Assembly: GCA_965216785.1 (NCBI GenBank)
Contig: OZ244197.1
Location: forward strand, 2,976,001 to 3,040,000
Direction: 5' to 3'
Source: Thermodesulfobacteriota bacterium
GTDB taxonomy: Bacteria > Desulfobacterota_D > UBA1144 > Nemesobacterales > UBA2774
Length of the DNA stretch: 64,000 nt
A model generated the notes under the pieces. It was not told the origin of the DNA. It saw only the letters and a program-made list of their open reading frames with translations, and did no database searches. The position numbers and the translations under genes were made by a program. Within the stretch, counting starts at the first letter, position 1; the number at the start of each line of letters is the position of its first letter. Of this stretch, positions 29,001-36,180 are shown in pieces.

Positions 29001-29159
29001 TATGACTTTAGAACAAAGCTCTTGATAGATTAGTATTAATTCGCGCAATTCTTCAGGATCTAATCTCTCTGATAGAGTAGTCGAATCGACCAGATCACAA
29101 AACATTACGGTTAATCGACGTCTCTCAATTTCTTTGCCCTCGGGTTTATTATTACCCAT
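26004..29159 (-). CDS. Class III adenylate/guanylate cyclase - STAND/AAA ATPase - TPR protein
   Basis: TVMFCDLVDST, YLGDGVLAYFG, RIGIHTG, PNIAARL; Walker A GEAGIGKS, Walker B IVEDLHWSD, G.PFFVEEL, YIFKHALVQD; helical repeat tail. Confidence 0.93.
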   Translation of the reverse strand: MGNNKPEGKEIERRRLTVMFCDLVDSTTLSERLDPEELRELILIYQELCSKVIRSFDGYIAQYLGDGVLAYFGYPIAHEDDAKRAMHAGLGILQGIKRHNSKFDRKQQLNVRIGIHTGLVVVGGMEKEEKHESLAMGVTPNIAARLKDIAEPNCIIVSEATYKLIEGYFVCQSLGSYNLRGYSKPMELYSVLRRSDVESPLDIAAVKGLTPLVGREDEVKLLLEHWEGVKNGVGHVILLSGEAGIGKSRLVDVLKERLIPELCNKFESRCSPYDQNTPFNPISSFLQNLLGYRKDDTAQRKLKKLEECLESYDLPLKETLPLFTELLSLPLPNGYEPLSLSPQRQKQETIEALNSLLIKEAAKQPLLFIVEDLHWSDPSTLEFLSFLVENAQNSEILALLTFRPQFIPPWVSSSNLSSITLNRLNRYEVEEMVHYLTRGKVLPDKLANAIVNKTDGIPFFVEELTKMILETGTIKERTDDSEGFIPLPLDQVPSTLYGSLMSRLDRLAMAKELAQLGAVIGRSFTYEMIEAVSELDKPALEKQLELLEGAELLYKSGDFPDSTYIFKHALVQDTAYQSLSKRKRQQYHQKIARVLEESFPEKCENHPELLGHHFTQANLFEKSISYWFTAGQKAIGHSANIEAIRHLEKALELVKSLPDTPDNRNKELEILITLGSPLIAIMGYSSKEVERTYSRARELCSELGEFPQYFPALMGLHVFYYLRAEYDEALELAERLMRLARVLKDPGLITVAHIALGETFYSQGRFNYCYEHMEQGYSLYDTLVPRYPWLWTDPGVACLSYKAMALWQLGKPDKSLITVQEARALARDLSHPFSLAWALFFSAVIYQLCGDCHNTSELSEQLISLSSDQAFPFWLAFGNIMRGWSKVETDEKESGIKQILKGLNDMETIGSASGKSYFLGLLADRYLGARKFKEGLEVIEGALAFVQNSGERWMETELHRIKGELTNGISSDNYKESESYFQKAVVIAESLGARSLELRATTSLCSSLRNRGKTEKAREMLAKTYGWFEEGFETKDLRDARGLLDELQTSS

Positions 29160-29444
29160 TGTCTAACCTCTTTACTCCGATCAAAAATATTAGCCGCATA
29201 AATACATTAACCTTTCAGACTATTTAAGACCCTATCTTATAATAATATAAAAATCATCAACATATAATTTGATACTTTCCGACTAGAATACGGAGTTCTA
29301 AGATTTTAATTTAGATTTTCAACAGAGAACCATATATAAATAAGGTTAGTAGTAAGGCCAGCACGCCTTGTACTCATTTTGATCTGACGTAATCTTATAC
29401 TTTTGAATTTCATCGCACCGTGTATTTTATATTTAGGTGTCTAA

Positions 29445-29496
29445 TGTCCTAGATATCGACACTCTCGCCCCCAATGTTATGTCATCAGGTTAGATA
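29445..29496. promoter_or_regulatory. Two TGTC-N9-GA[CT]A enhancer candidates
   Basis: TGTCCTAGATATCGACA (29445-29461) and TGTCATCAGGTTAGATA (29480-29496), upstream of the sigma54 promoter. Confidence 0.45.
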
Positions 29497-29527
29497 ATTT
29501 TTGATTGGTTTGAGTGTATTACCTTGA

Positions 29528-29544
29528 TTGGCATATAGATTGCA
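29528..29544 (+). promoter_or_regulatory. Sigma54 -24/-12 promoter for the IPTL-CTERM gene
   Basis: TTGGCAT-ATAGA-TTGCA, about 100 nt upstream of ATG 29645. Confidence 0.82.
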
Positions 29545-29644
29545 CATAAAAAATATTAGGAAAAGAAGATTAATATAATGTATTGGTATAGTTTGAAGAA
29601 GTATAGTTGAGTTATTTAAAAAAAATTCTTAGGAGGTAGAGGAA

Positions 29645-30517
29645 ATGAGAACGTTAAGAAACTTTTTTGTGCTCAGTGGTTCAAAATCCCCTTTGTTACT
29701 TATCAGCTTTGCTATGGTGAGTGTTTTGCTATTGATGACTACTCAAGCCCAGGCCGTAGCTTCCGGCACGCTGTTTTTAATGGATGACGTAGGGGACAAT
29801 TCTCTATACACGGTCAATACAACTACGGCTGCCTTGACTCTGGTCGGACCGGGCGGCTGCGACGGGCTTGCGCCCAGTGAAGATCCGACAAACTTCTTAT
29901 ATTGTGCTAATAACGTTCCGAACTTGTTTACAGTTGCAACAGACGGTAGTGGCCTTACATTCGTGGCTCCTATTGGCGGTGACGCTAACAGAGGTTTAGC
30001 TTTTAATACATCAAATGGCATGCTGTACGGAACCGATAATCAAGTCTTTGGGACTATTGACACGACAACAGGTGCTTTTTCGCCTTTAGCATCTCCGCCC
30101 GAAGAATCAGAGGCCTTGGCGGCTGATCCAAATAATAATCTGATTTACGCACTTGAAAGGGACGATAATGGGGATTTAATGGTCTACGATATCGGCGCTA
30201 ATACATGGGGTATTATTGGACCCACCGGTGTTGCTGACGGCGTACAAGCGGGCTTAGCCTTTGATCCGATAACTAATATCCTCTTTGCTGCTGATCGAGA
30301 TGGGGGTCTATACCGGATCAATCCATCAAATGGTGAAACAGTATTTATAGGGGACACCGGCATAGATGATCCGGTCGGCCTTGCATTCGTACCTAGAGAA
30401 ATATCTGCTATCCCTACTATGACACAATGGGGCATGATCATCTTTGTAGTGTTTGCAGGACTAGCAGCACTCTATTATATGAGAAGACGTCTGTACAAAC
30501 AGAGAGCGAGCTCTTAA
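29645..30517 (+). CDS. Exported beta-propeller-like protein with IPTL-CTERM sorting signal
   Basis: Signal peptide, repeated GLAF/LAAD-P...LY blades, C-terminal IPTMTQWGMIIFVVFAGLAALYYMRRR. Confidence 0.85.
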   Translation: MRTLRNFFVLSGSKSPLLLISFAMVSVLLLMTTQAQAVASGTLFLMDDVGDNSLYTVNTTTAALTLVGPGGCDGLAPSEDPTNFLYCANNVPNLFTVATDGSGLTFVAPIGGDANRGLAFNTSNGMLYGTDNQVFGTIDTTTGAFSPLASPPEESEALAADPNNNLIYALERDDNGDLMVYDIGANTWGIIGPTGVADGVQAGLAFDPITNILFAADRDGGLYRINPSNGETVFIGDTGIDDPVGLAFVPREISAIPTMTQWGMIIFVVFAGLAALYYMRRRLYKQRASS

Positions 30518-30689
30518 CAAAGTATCTAAATTTCTAGCCCAGCTTTATAATGCTTTCTGTACTCTCATTGGTTCTCTCTATATTACCGTTGCTTTGGGGA
30601 TTTTTTTTGGATTTGGGTGCTTTTTCAAAACAATTAAGAAGTATATTTAAGTTGGTAATTGTTCAAAAAAGACAAGAGGAGCGGGAGCA

Positions 30690-31016
30690 ATGAGGCGAAG
30701 GAGATGGGATTCTAAAACTAAAACGAAGATAGTACTTGATGGTTTATCTGGAAGACCAGTCTCAGAGATATGCAATTATTACGGAATACATCAAAACCAA
30801 TACTACACCTGGCGTGATAAGTTCCTATCTGAAGCTTATAGAGCCTTTGAATCTAAGAATGACATTGGAGAAATAGACCGTCTTCGCAAAGAGAACAAAG
30901 AACTAACAAAAATAATCGGTTCAATCTCTGTTGAATTAAAAAAAATAGAGGACGAGTTAATATGAGAAATCAGTCTGACTCTGTAGCTCTGCGTAACGAA
31001 CATCTGATTTGCTAAG
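30690..31016 (+). mobile_element. IS3-family transposase remnant (OrfA intact, OrfB truncated)
   Basis: HTH_Tnp_1-like OrfA 30690-30965 (K.KIVL.GL.G..VSEIC..YGIH.NQYY.WR), A8 slippery run at 30938-30945, -1 frame stops after ~25 codons. Confidence 0.85.
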
Positions 31017-31051
31017 TGGCCTGTCTCAACAGCAGAATGAAGGTAATTCCG

Positions 31052-31158
31052 TGTACTGCTCATCTTTTTTAATATTCTATTTAAGCTTCATTATGTCTTC
31101 TTAAGGGTTGTAAAGAAGGGATATAAATTAGTGGTTTTGTGAGCATAACGTAAGCGTG
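31052..31158. repeat. Repeat copy 1, IS150/IS3-end-like unit
   Basis: TGTACTGCTC...TAAAGAAGGGATATAAATTAGTGGTTTTGTGAGCATAACGTAAGCGTG; similar to 31257-31326 and 32287-32393. Confidence 0.75.
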
Positions 31159-31216
31159 TTGAGGACTTAATCCGGGTGTTCTAATTAACTGCAGTTATTG
31201 AGTATATTGGAACTAT

Positions 31217-31237
31217 AAAAGGGAGCCGAAGCTCCTA
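31217..31237 (-). terminator. Intrinsic terminator-like hairpin
   Basis: Minus strand GGAGC-TTCG-GCTCC followed by CTTTT. Confidence 0.45.
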
Positions 31238-31256
31238 AATGTTTCCTTTAATCACC

Positions 31257-31326
31257 TGTACTGCTCCCCATTTTGTTAAACTCGATTTAAGCTTATATAT
31301 GTTTTCCTAATGGTAGAATAGAAGGG
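31257..31326. repeat. Repeat copy 2 (shorter), IS150/IS3-end-like unit
   Basis: TGTACTGCTCCCCATTTTGTTAAAC...GCTTATATATGTTTTCCTAATGGTAG..AGAAGGG. Confidence 0.72.
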
Positions 31327-31336
31327 GGTATTTTCG

Positions 31337-32270
31337 ATGAGAACGCTGGTATTTGGTGCAGGCCCACTGGGTTGTCTTTATGCACATATTCTTGGTCAGG
31401 CAGGAAAGGATGTAACGATTCACGCGCGAGGTCAACGGTACGACTTCATTAAGGCCAATGGTCTTGTAAATCACTGGAGCTAAGGGGGGCTCGAAGGTTC
31501 AGGTAGTAGATGAACTGAAGGAGGACGATGAATACGATCTCGTGGTCGTTCTCATAAGAAAGAACAAGCTACCGCCTGTGTTTGAGGTTCTTCGGGCCAA
31601 TGCCAATATCAAGAACATCCTGTTCATGGGCAACAACGCAATTGGCTTTGAGCAGTACCTGCGGCACTTGCCTCAGGAGAAGTTGCTGTTTGGGTTTCCA
31701 GGTGCAGGAGGTGGGATTAGCGAACACACCGTCCATTACGTTGATCGAGAGAAGGCAGGCGAGAAGCGGAAACCCATAACTATCGGAGAAATCAACGGGG
31801 AGACCAAGGAGAGGACGCGGATAGTTAAATCGCTGTTTGAAACGAGCGGAGTTCCCGTTAAAATTGCTGGAGATATCGATGGGTGGTTGAAGTACCATGT
31901 CGCCTTGGTTCTTCCATTGGGGAATGCCCTCTACAAGCACGATTGCAACAACTACGCTCTCGCCAAAGACAAAAAGACGATTCGGACGATGGTACGAGCT
32001 GCAAAGGAAGGCGGCAGAGTCCTGAAAGCTCTGGGATACACAAAGCGCTACCCATTCCGATTCAACCTGTTCTACTGGTTGCCCGAGATACTTAATGTGA
32101 AGGCCGTCCAGGGCCTTCTAGAAAGCAAGTTTGCGGAAGTAGGATTCGCTCTGCATGCTAGGGCGGCACGGGACGAGGTGAGGGTACTCGCAGGTGAATT
32201 CCAGAGTCTGATTGACAAGACGTCTGTAGAAACACCGAACATAGACACTCTGAGGAGCTTTATCGCATGA
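31337..32270 (+). pseudogene. Ketopantoate reductase (ApbA/PanE)-family protein, frameshifted
   Basis: ATG 31337 gives MRTLVFGAGPLGCLYAH...ARGQR (Rossmann motif) and stops at ~31483. The rest (YDLVVV.IRK, LFMGNN, GFPGAGG, WLKYHVA) is in another frame ending at 32270. Confidence 0.85.
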
Positions 32271-32286
32271 AAGAGAAAGGCCGAAC

Positions 32287-32393
32287 TGACCTGCACCCCT
32301 TTTGTTAAACAGGTCTTTGGTGCTTATATGTCTTCTGAATGGTAGTAAAGAAGGGATATAATTTAGTGGTATTGTGAGCATAACGTAAGCGTG
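32287..32393. repeat. Repeat copy 3, IS150/IS3-end-like unit
   Basis: TGACCTGCACCCCTTTTGTTAAAC...TAAAGAAGGGATATAATTTAGTGGTATTGTGAGCATAACGTAAGCGTG. Confidence 0.75.
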
Positions 32394-32467
32394 ATGCACA
32401 CTATTTTAAGTGGCTGTGATTGCCAAAGAGTTCAATCTCATACATCAAGTTAGAATATCTTTCATCA

Positions 32468-32773
32468 CTAGTTGCCATAGTCGTAGATCAGGACGCCATC
32501 TTCAATTTGAGTAGGGAGGATGATCAAGCGGGAATCCGGACGCGCCGGTCCCTTCAGATATTTCCCTTGGTTACAGTCAAATTCTGCGCCATGCCATTGG
32601 CAAACGAGCTTCTCACCAACTTTTTTCATCGGGCCGCCAAGGTGCATACATATATTCACAATTGCTTTGGGCTTACCGTGATGCTTATAGACCAGCACCT
32701 CACGTCCTAAGAAATCTATCGTTATCGTCCCTTCATCGGGTATATCCTCTTGTTTACAAAGCGGTACCTTCAT
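32468..32773 (-). CDS. Small Rieske (2Fe-2S) ferredoxin
   Basis: CMHLGGP...CQWHGAEF (CxH...CxxH); start placed at MKVPLC. Confidence 0.9.
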   Translation of the reverse strand: MKVPLCKQEDIPDEGTITIDFLGREVLVYKHHGKPKAIVNICMHLGGPMKKVGEKLVCQWHGAEFDCNQGKYLKGPARPDSRLIILPTQIEDGVLIYDYGN

Positions 32774-32789
32774 GCTAAACCCCCTATTT

Positions 32790-32981
32790 TTATAGTTTGG
32801 CAATACAATTGATTTCTACCATAAGCTCAGGGAAAACAAGACGCTCTATGCAGACAATGTTTCTGATGTCATGGCTCACCTTGCCTGAGATATATATAGT
32901 ATTTTCTACTTTCACCGCCTGGGAGTAGCCGTAATCCTGCTCCCACGGCATTCCCAGGCTCCTTGTTTCTTTATCGATCAT
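32790..32981 (-). pseudogene. RidA/YjgF-family gene with internal deletion
   Basis: N-terminal PWEQDYGYSQAVKV..TIYISG is joined directly to C-terminal L.FPELMVEI.CIA; 63 aa versus ~130 aa typical. Confidence 0.8.
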
Positions 32982-33025
32982 CTTAATGTCTCATAATGTT
33001 CTTTTGTAAATACTTCATATTTTCG

Positions 33026-33976
33026 CTAATCTATAATTAGATCCAGCGCTGTTGCCCAGCAATGTCCTTTAGTATATAAATCCGCCGCTTTTAACTGATG
33101 CCTCCATTTTTCCAATGTGATCTGAGTGCAAACTTCGCTAACCGCTTCCAGGTAAGTATTGAATGGGATATAAGGCTCCTTGGTTGGATTGTCCTTTCCG
33201 GCAAAGGAAATGGGTGGTTGAGTGATTTGCAGAGCCTTACCGGCATTACTTTGAATATCGATGATGTATTGGTGTGCTGTATCGAACTCCTCGCGTGTTC
33301 CCGGTCTGCCTACATGACCGCCTTGGAAATATTTAAAGTCGTATTCCTTTGCTTGGTCGAAGGCTTGGAAATAGCCGGGGATGCTCGCGGCTACAGCAAA
33401 GTCTTCAAACGGTACCCACCCGGGATAGAGGACATCTACTAACATCAACACCTTTTGTTTCGGCAGATAAATAAATACGTTTCCCGGAGAGTGTTGCAGA
33501 CCAGGATAGGATAATTCAACCTGCTGATTGCCGAGTTTAACGGTATGGTTGTCACTGAAAGTCACGGTCGGCAGCGGTCTATTGGGGTCATTCTTCCTGC
33601 GCAGCTCGTTAGCCGTAAGCTCATGAGCCACACGGATTACATCGTTTCCAAATAGCGAAGACCCGGCTGTATGATCAGCGTGATGGTGACTGTAAATAAA
33701 GTATTTAACAGGTTTGTCAGTTACTTCACGGATAGCATCTTGTAATTTGTCTGCATAAGAACGCGGAGCGTCGACTACAATAACGCCTTCGTCACTGACA
33801 ATAAACATCGAGTTGTAGAGACCGTCAGTAACCCAATAAGCACCTCCGCCATAACTTCCAATATGATAACCTTTCGAGTCTATTACCGGGTTCTTGATCG
33901 TTTGATTGGATGCATATGCCGACCACCCTGATAAAACGATTAAGCAACTGGTTAATACTATGTAGAATATTTTCAT
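33026..33976 (-). CDS. Secreted metallo-beta-lactamase-fold hydrolase
   Basis: Signal peptide, VIVVDAP, YSHHHADH (HxHxDH), HSPG, GGHVG. Confidence 0.88.
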   Translation of the reverse strand: MKIFYIVLTSCLIVLSGWSAYASNQTIKNPVIDSKGYHIGSYGGGAYWVTDGLYNSMFIVSDEGVIVVDAPRSYADKLQDAIREVTDKPVKYFIYSHHHADHTAGSSLFGNDVIRVAHELTANELRRKNDPNRPLPTVTFSDNHTVKLGNQQVELSYPGLQHSPGNVFIYLPKQKVLMLVDVLYPGWVPFEDFAVAASIPGYFQAFDQAKEYDFKYFQGGHVGRPGTREEFDTAHQYIIDIQSNAGKALQITQPPISFAGKDNPTKEPYIPFNTYLEAVSEVCTQITLEKWRHQLKAADLYTKGHCWATALDLIID

Positions 33977-34029
33977 ATCTTTATCTCCTTGTTTTACTCA
34001 TATTCATTTACATCCTTTCACAATCAATT

Positions 34030-34353
34030 CTAGGACTCGAGTGGGAATCCCGCCTCGGTCCAATCCTGCTTACCTTCGACGTACTCGTAAACTTTTTCAT
34101 AGCCTAAAGCCTCAAGAGTCCTGGCAGCTTTAGTTGAGTTCTGACACTCGGTACTAGCACAATAAACTACTATTTTTGCTTTCTTATCGGGAAGCAGCGT
34201 ATCTGCCTTCTCTTCTATTTCCGTATAATCGATCTGTATAGATCCGGGCAGATGCGCCTCCCTCCAGTACTTTTCGGGTAGGGCTTCTACTAAAGTTAAG
34301 CCATGCCCGTTATCTAATGCATTCTTCAATTCGTGTCTCGTAATGTTCTTCAT
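34030..34353 (-). CDS. Rhodanese-like domain protein
   Basis: HLPGSI, IVVYCASTEC, Y..GK.DW..AG.P motifs. Confidence 0.9.
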   Translation of the reverse strand: MKNITRHELKNALDNGHGLTLVEALPEKYWREAHLPGSIQIDYTEIEEKADTLLPDKKAKIVVYCASTECQNSTKAARTLEALGYEKVYEYVEGKQDWTEAGFPLES

Positions 34354-34379
34354 TTCAAGACCCCCTTATTTGTTTATTA

Positions 34380-34395
34380 TGTTGCAGCTGCAACA
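34380..34395. promoter_or_regulatory. MarR operator candidate 1
   Basis: Perfect palindrome TGTTGCAGCTGCAACA, 27 nt upstream of the rhodanese start. Confidence 0.75.
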
Positions 34396-34537
34396 AATAT
34401 AAACTTATAGATTATTGTTGACGTAAAAAGGATTCAAGATTTATACGTGAGCATAATTACGGCTTTAAAATATTCAGATTTGGGATTAAATAAGATGATT
34501 AAATACGATACAAAAAACCGGAAATAATTTGTTTTGG

Positions 34538-34987
34538 TTATCCTTCGAGAGTTTTTCTAATTCTCCTTATATGTTGTATAAAGTCGTCCAGCTCTTTTTT
34601 ATTAAAGTTAGACAGGAAGTATTCTTTTAGAACATCGTAGTACACAGGCCACATTTTCCTTCTTACGTCACGGCCTTTTTTAGTTATTACAGCAACTACG
34701 CCCCTTGCATCTTCTTCGCAATCCTCTCTTACGACCAGACCTGCCTTTTCAAGCCGTTTAATCGTTCTTGTGACATTATATCTGGTTAGTAAAACTCGAT
34801 TGCCTAATTCAACAAACCTCAATCTCCCGTCATCACTCTTGTCGAGCTCTAATAATACGTCATACCAGGAATAGGGAGGCAAATCTTTATTTTTCAGCTC
34901 AGCTTCAACTTTTGCTAATAGCTTTTCAGATGATAGTACAAGTCCAACCCATGCTTCTGTTTCCTTGCCACTAAGTTTTTTAGTCAT
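34538..34987 (-). CDS. MarR-family transcriptional regulator
   Basis: WYDVLLEL, VTR.I.RLEKAGLV.R..C.EDARG...IT..G; start placed at MTKKL (ORF track extends to 35005). Confidence 0.92.
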   Translation of the reverse strand: MTKKLSGKETEAWVGLVLSSEKLLAKVEAELKNKDLPPYSWYDVLLELDKSDDGRLRFVELGNRVLLTRYNVTRTIKRLEKAGLVVREDCEEDARGVVAVITKKGRDVRRKMWPVYYDVLKEYFLSNFNKKELDDFIQHIRRIRKTLEG

Positions 34988-35008
34988 AGTGGAAATTTTA
35001 TACAAATA

Positions 35009-35024
35009 TGTTGCACACGCAACA
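35009..35024. promoter_or_regulatory. MarR operator candidate 2
   Basis: TGTTGCACACGCAACA directly upstream of the MarR gene; same TGTTGC-N4-GCAACA pattern as 34380. Confidence 0.75.
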
Positions 35025-35162
35025 ATTTTGTTTTATAAATATAAATACTAATGTGATTGTGATTACCTCAAGGTACATGAAAGATCACATAATTATATTT
35101 ATCTACGTGAGCTAGTCCTAGTATAAAAACATAGCATTGTTATAAAATGATCAATACTTGTA

Positions 35163-36041
35163 TCATTGGGAAAAAGCCGTTTCTAGCCAAGATAGAAAAA
35201 TTCGTACTTTTTCTTCCTTTCGTTTTTCAGGTATGCAAAGAGCTGTATAGGATGCACCGTCAAGCTTCACGTCTGCGCGATATGGAGTTAATAAATTACG
35301 GCTAACCAAGTCGTCGACAAGGACAGAACTTGCCAGTGCTATTCCCTGACCAGCCATTGCAGCTTGTAATACATGCTCTTCTTCAGCAAATCTTAATAAC
35401 TTAGGATCATCAATCTTTATGGCTGCTGCTCCAAGCCATCTGTCCCAATTTACATCAGACATAACTTCTTGCTGCCAAGCCGTTTCAATGAGTTGCAAGT
35501 CTTTTAGTCCTTCATCAAGCGGAAGCAAATAAGGTGAGACATATGCACCAAAAGTTTCAGTGATCAATGTTGTAGCATCCAAATCCTCATATGGTCCATG
35601 GCCATAACGTATCGCAATATCTACTCTTCTATCTTGTTTAAGGTCGATTGGCTTAGTTGTGGTATCCAGCTGTACACTATAGTTTGGATTTGATGCGTAT
35701 AGCTCTGCCAGCTTTGGTACCAGCCGTAATGTGGCAAACGATGCGGTAGTAGAGACATTGATAACAGTCTCAAGCGAAACTATGTGTTCCAATCCGTTAC
35801 GAATGTCTAAAAATGCGCGTGTTAGGATAGGCGCTAGCTCCTTACCAGCGGTAGTGAGCTCGATTGATCGCACCTTTCTGACGAATAATGAAATATTTAG
35901 CTGGGATTCAAGTGTACGTATTTGATGTGATACCGCAGCCGGTGTAACAAATAATTCCTTTGCTGCCGCTTTAAAACTTCCTAGTCTGGCAGCAGATTCG
36001 AATGTCCTTAGGATAAATGGTGACGGTATGCGGCTAAACAT
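35163..36041 (-). CDS. LysR-family regulator (GcvA-like)
   Basis: LR.FESAARLGSFKAAA.EL.VTPAAVSHQIR.LE and DIAIRYG motifs. Confidence 0.93.
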   Translation of the reverse strand: MFSRIPSPFILRTFESAARLGSFKAAAKELFVTPAAVSHQIRTLESQLNISLFVRKVRSIELTTAGKELAPILTRAFLDIRNGLEHIVSLETVINVSTTASFATLRLVPKLAELYASNPNYSVQLDTTTKPIDLKQDRRVDIAIRYGHGPYEDLDATTLITETFGAYVSPYLLPLDEGLKDLQLIETAWQQEVMSDVNWDRWLGAAAIKIDDPKLLRFAEEEHVLQAAMAGQGIALASSVLVDDLVSRNLLTPYRADVKLDGASYTALCIPEKRKEEKVRIFLSWLETAFSQ

Positions 36042-36051
36042 AATTATCTCC

Positions 36052-36076
36052 TATAGATTAGTTATACTAATCTATA
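36052..36076. promoter_or_regulatory. Inverted repeat between the divergent LysR and RidA genes (LysR box candidate)
   Basis: TATAGATTAGT-TAT-ACTAATCTATA, perfect 11-bp arms. Confidence 0.65.
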
Positions 36077-36180
36077 ATCAAATTATTCTCCTTTGTCAAT
36101 TGAATTATACAAAAGTATAATACATCTATAATGATGCTTACAGAGAGATATCTGAAAGACTTTTACAAAGGAGAAATAGA

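Noticed and set aside
26004-29159. Anti-phage system (Pycsar, Avs or CBASS) call for the cyclase-STAND gene
   Set aside because: No adjacent cNMP-binding TM/TIR effector or nuclease. The neighbours point to transcriptional signalling, although a defence role cannot be excluded.
31052-32393. Integron attC sites (GCATAAC and GTTAAAC occur in the repeats)
   Set aside because: Within each unit the boxes are in the wrong order and not complementary. No long hairpin and no integron integrase are present.
31052-32393. CRISPR array
   Set aside because: The repeats are long, degenerate and irregularly spaced; no cas genes.
31138-35112. GTGAGCATAA motif (about 31139, 32374 and 34447; partial at 35107) as XerC-like half sites of pdif modules
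   Set aside because: No convincing XerD arm (TTATGTTAAAT-like) follows at 6-bp spacing, and two copies are explained by the larger repeat.
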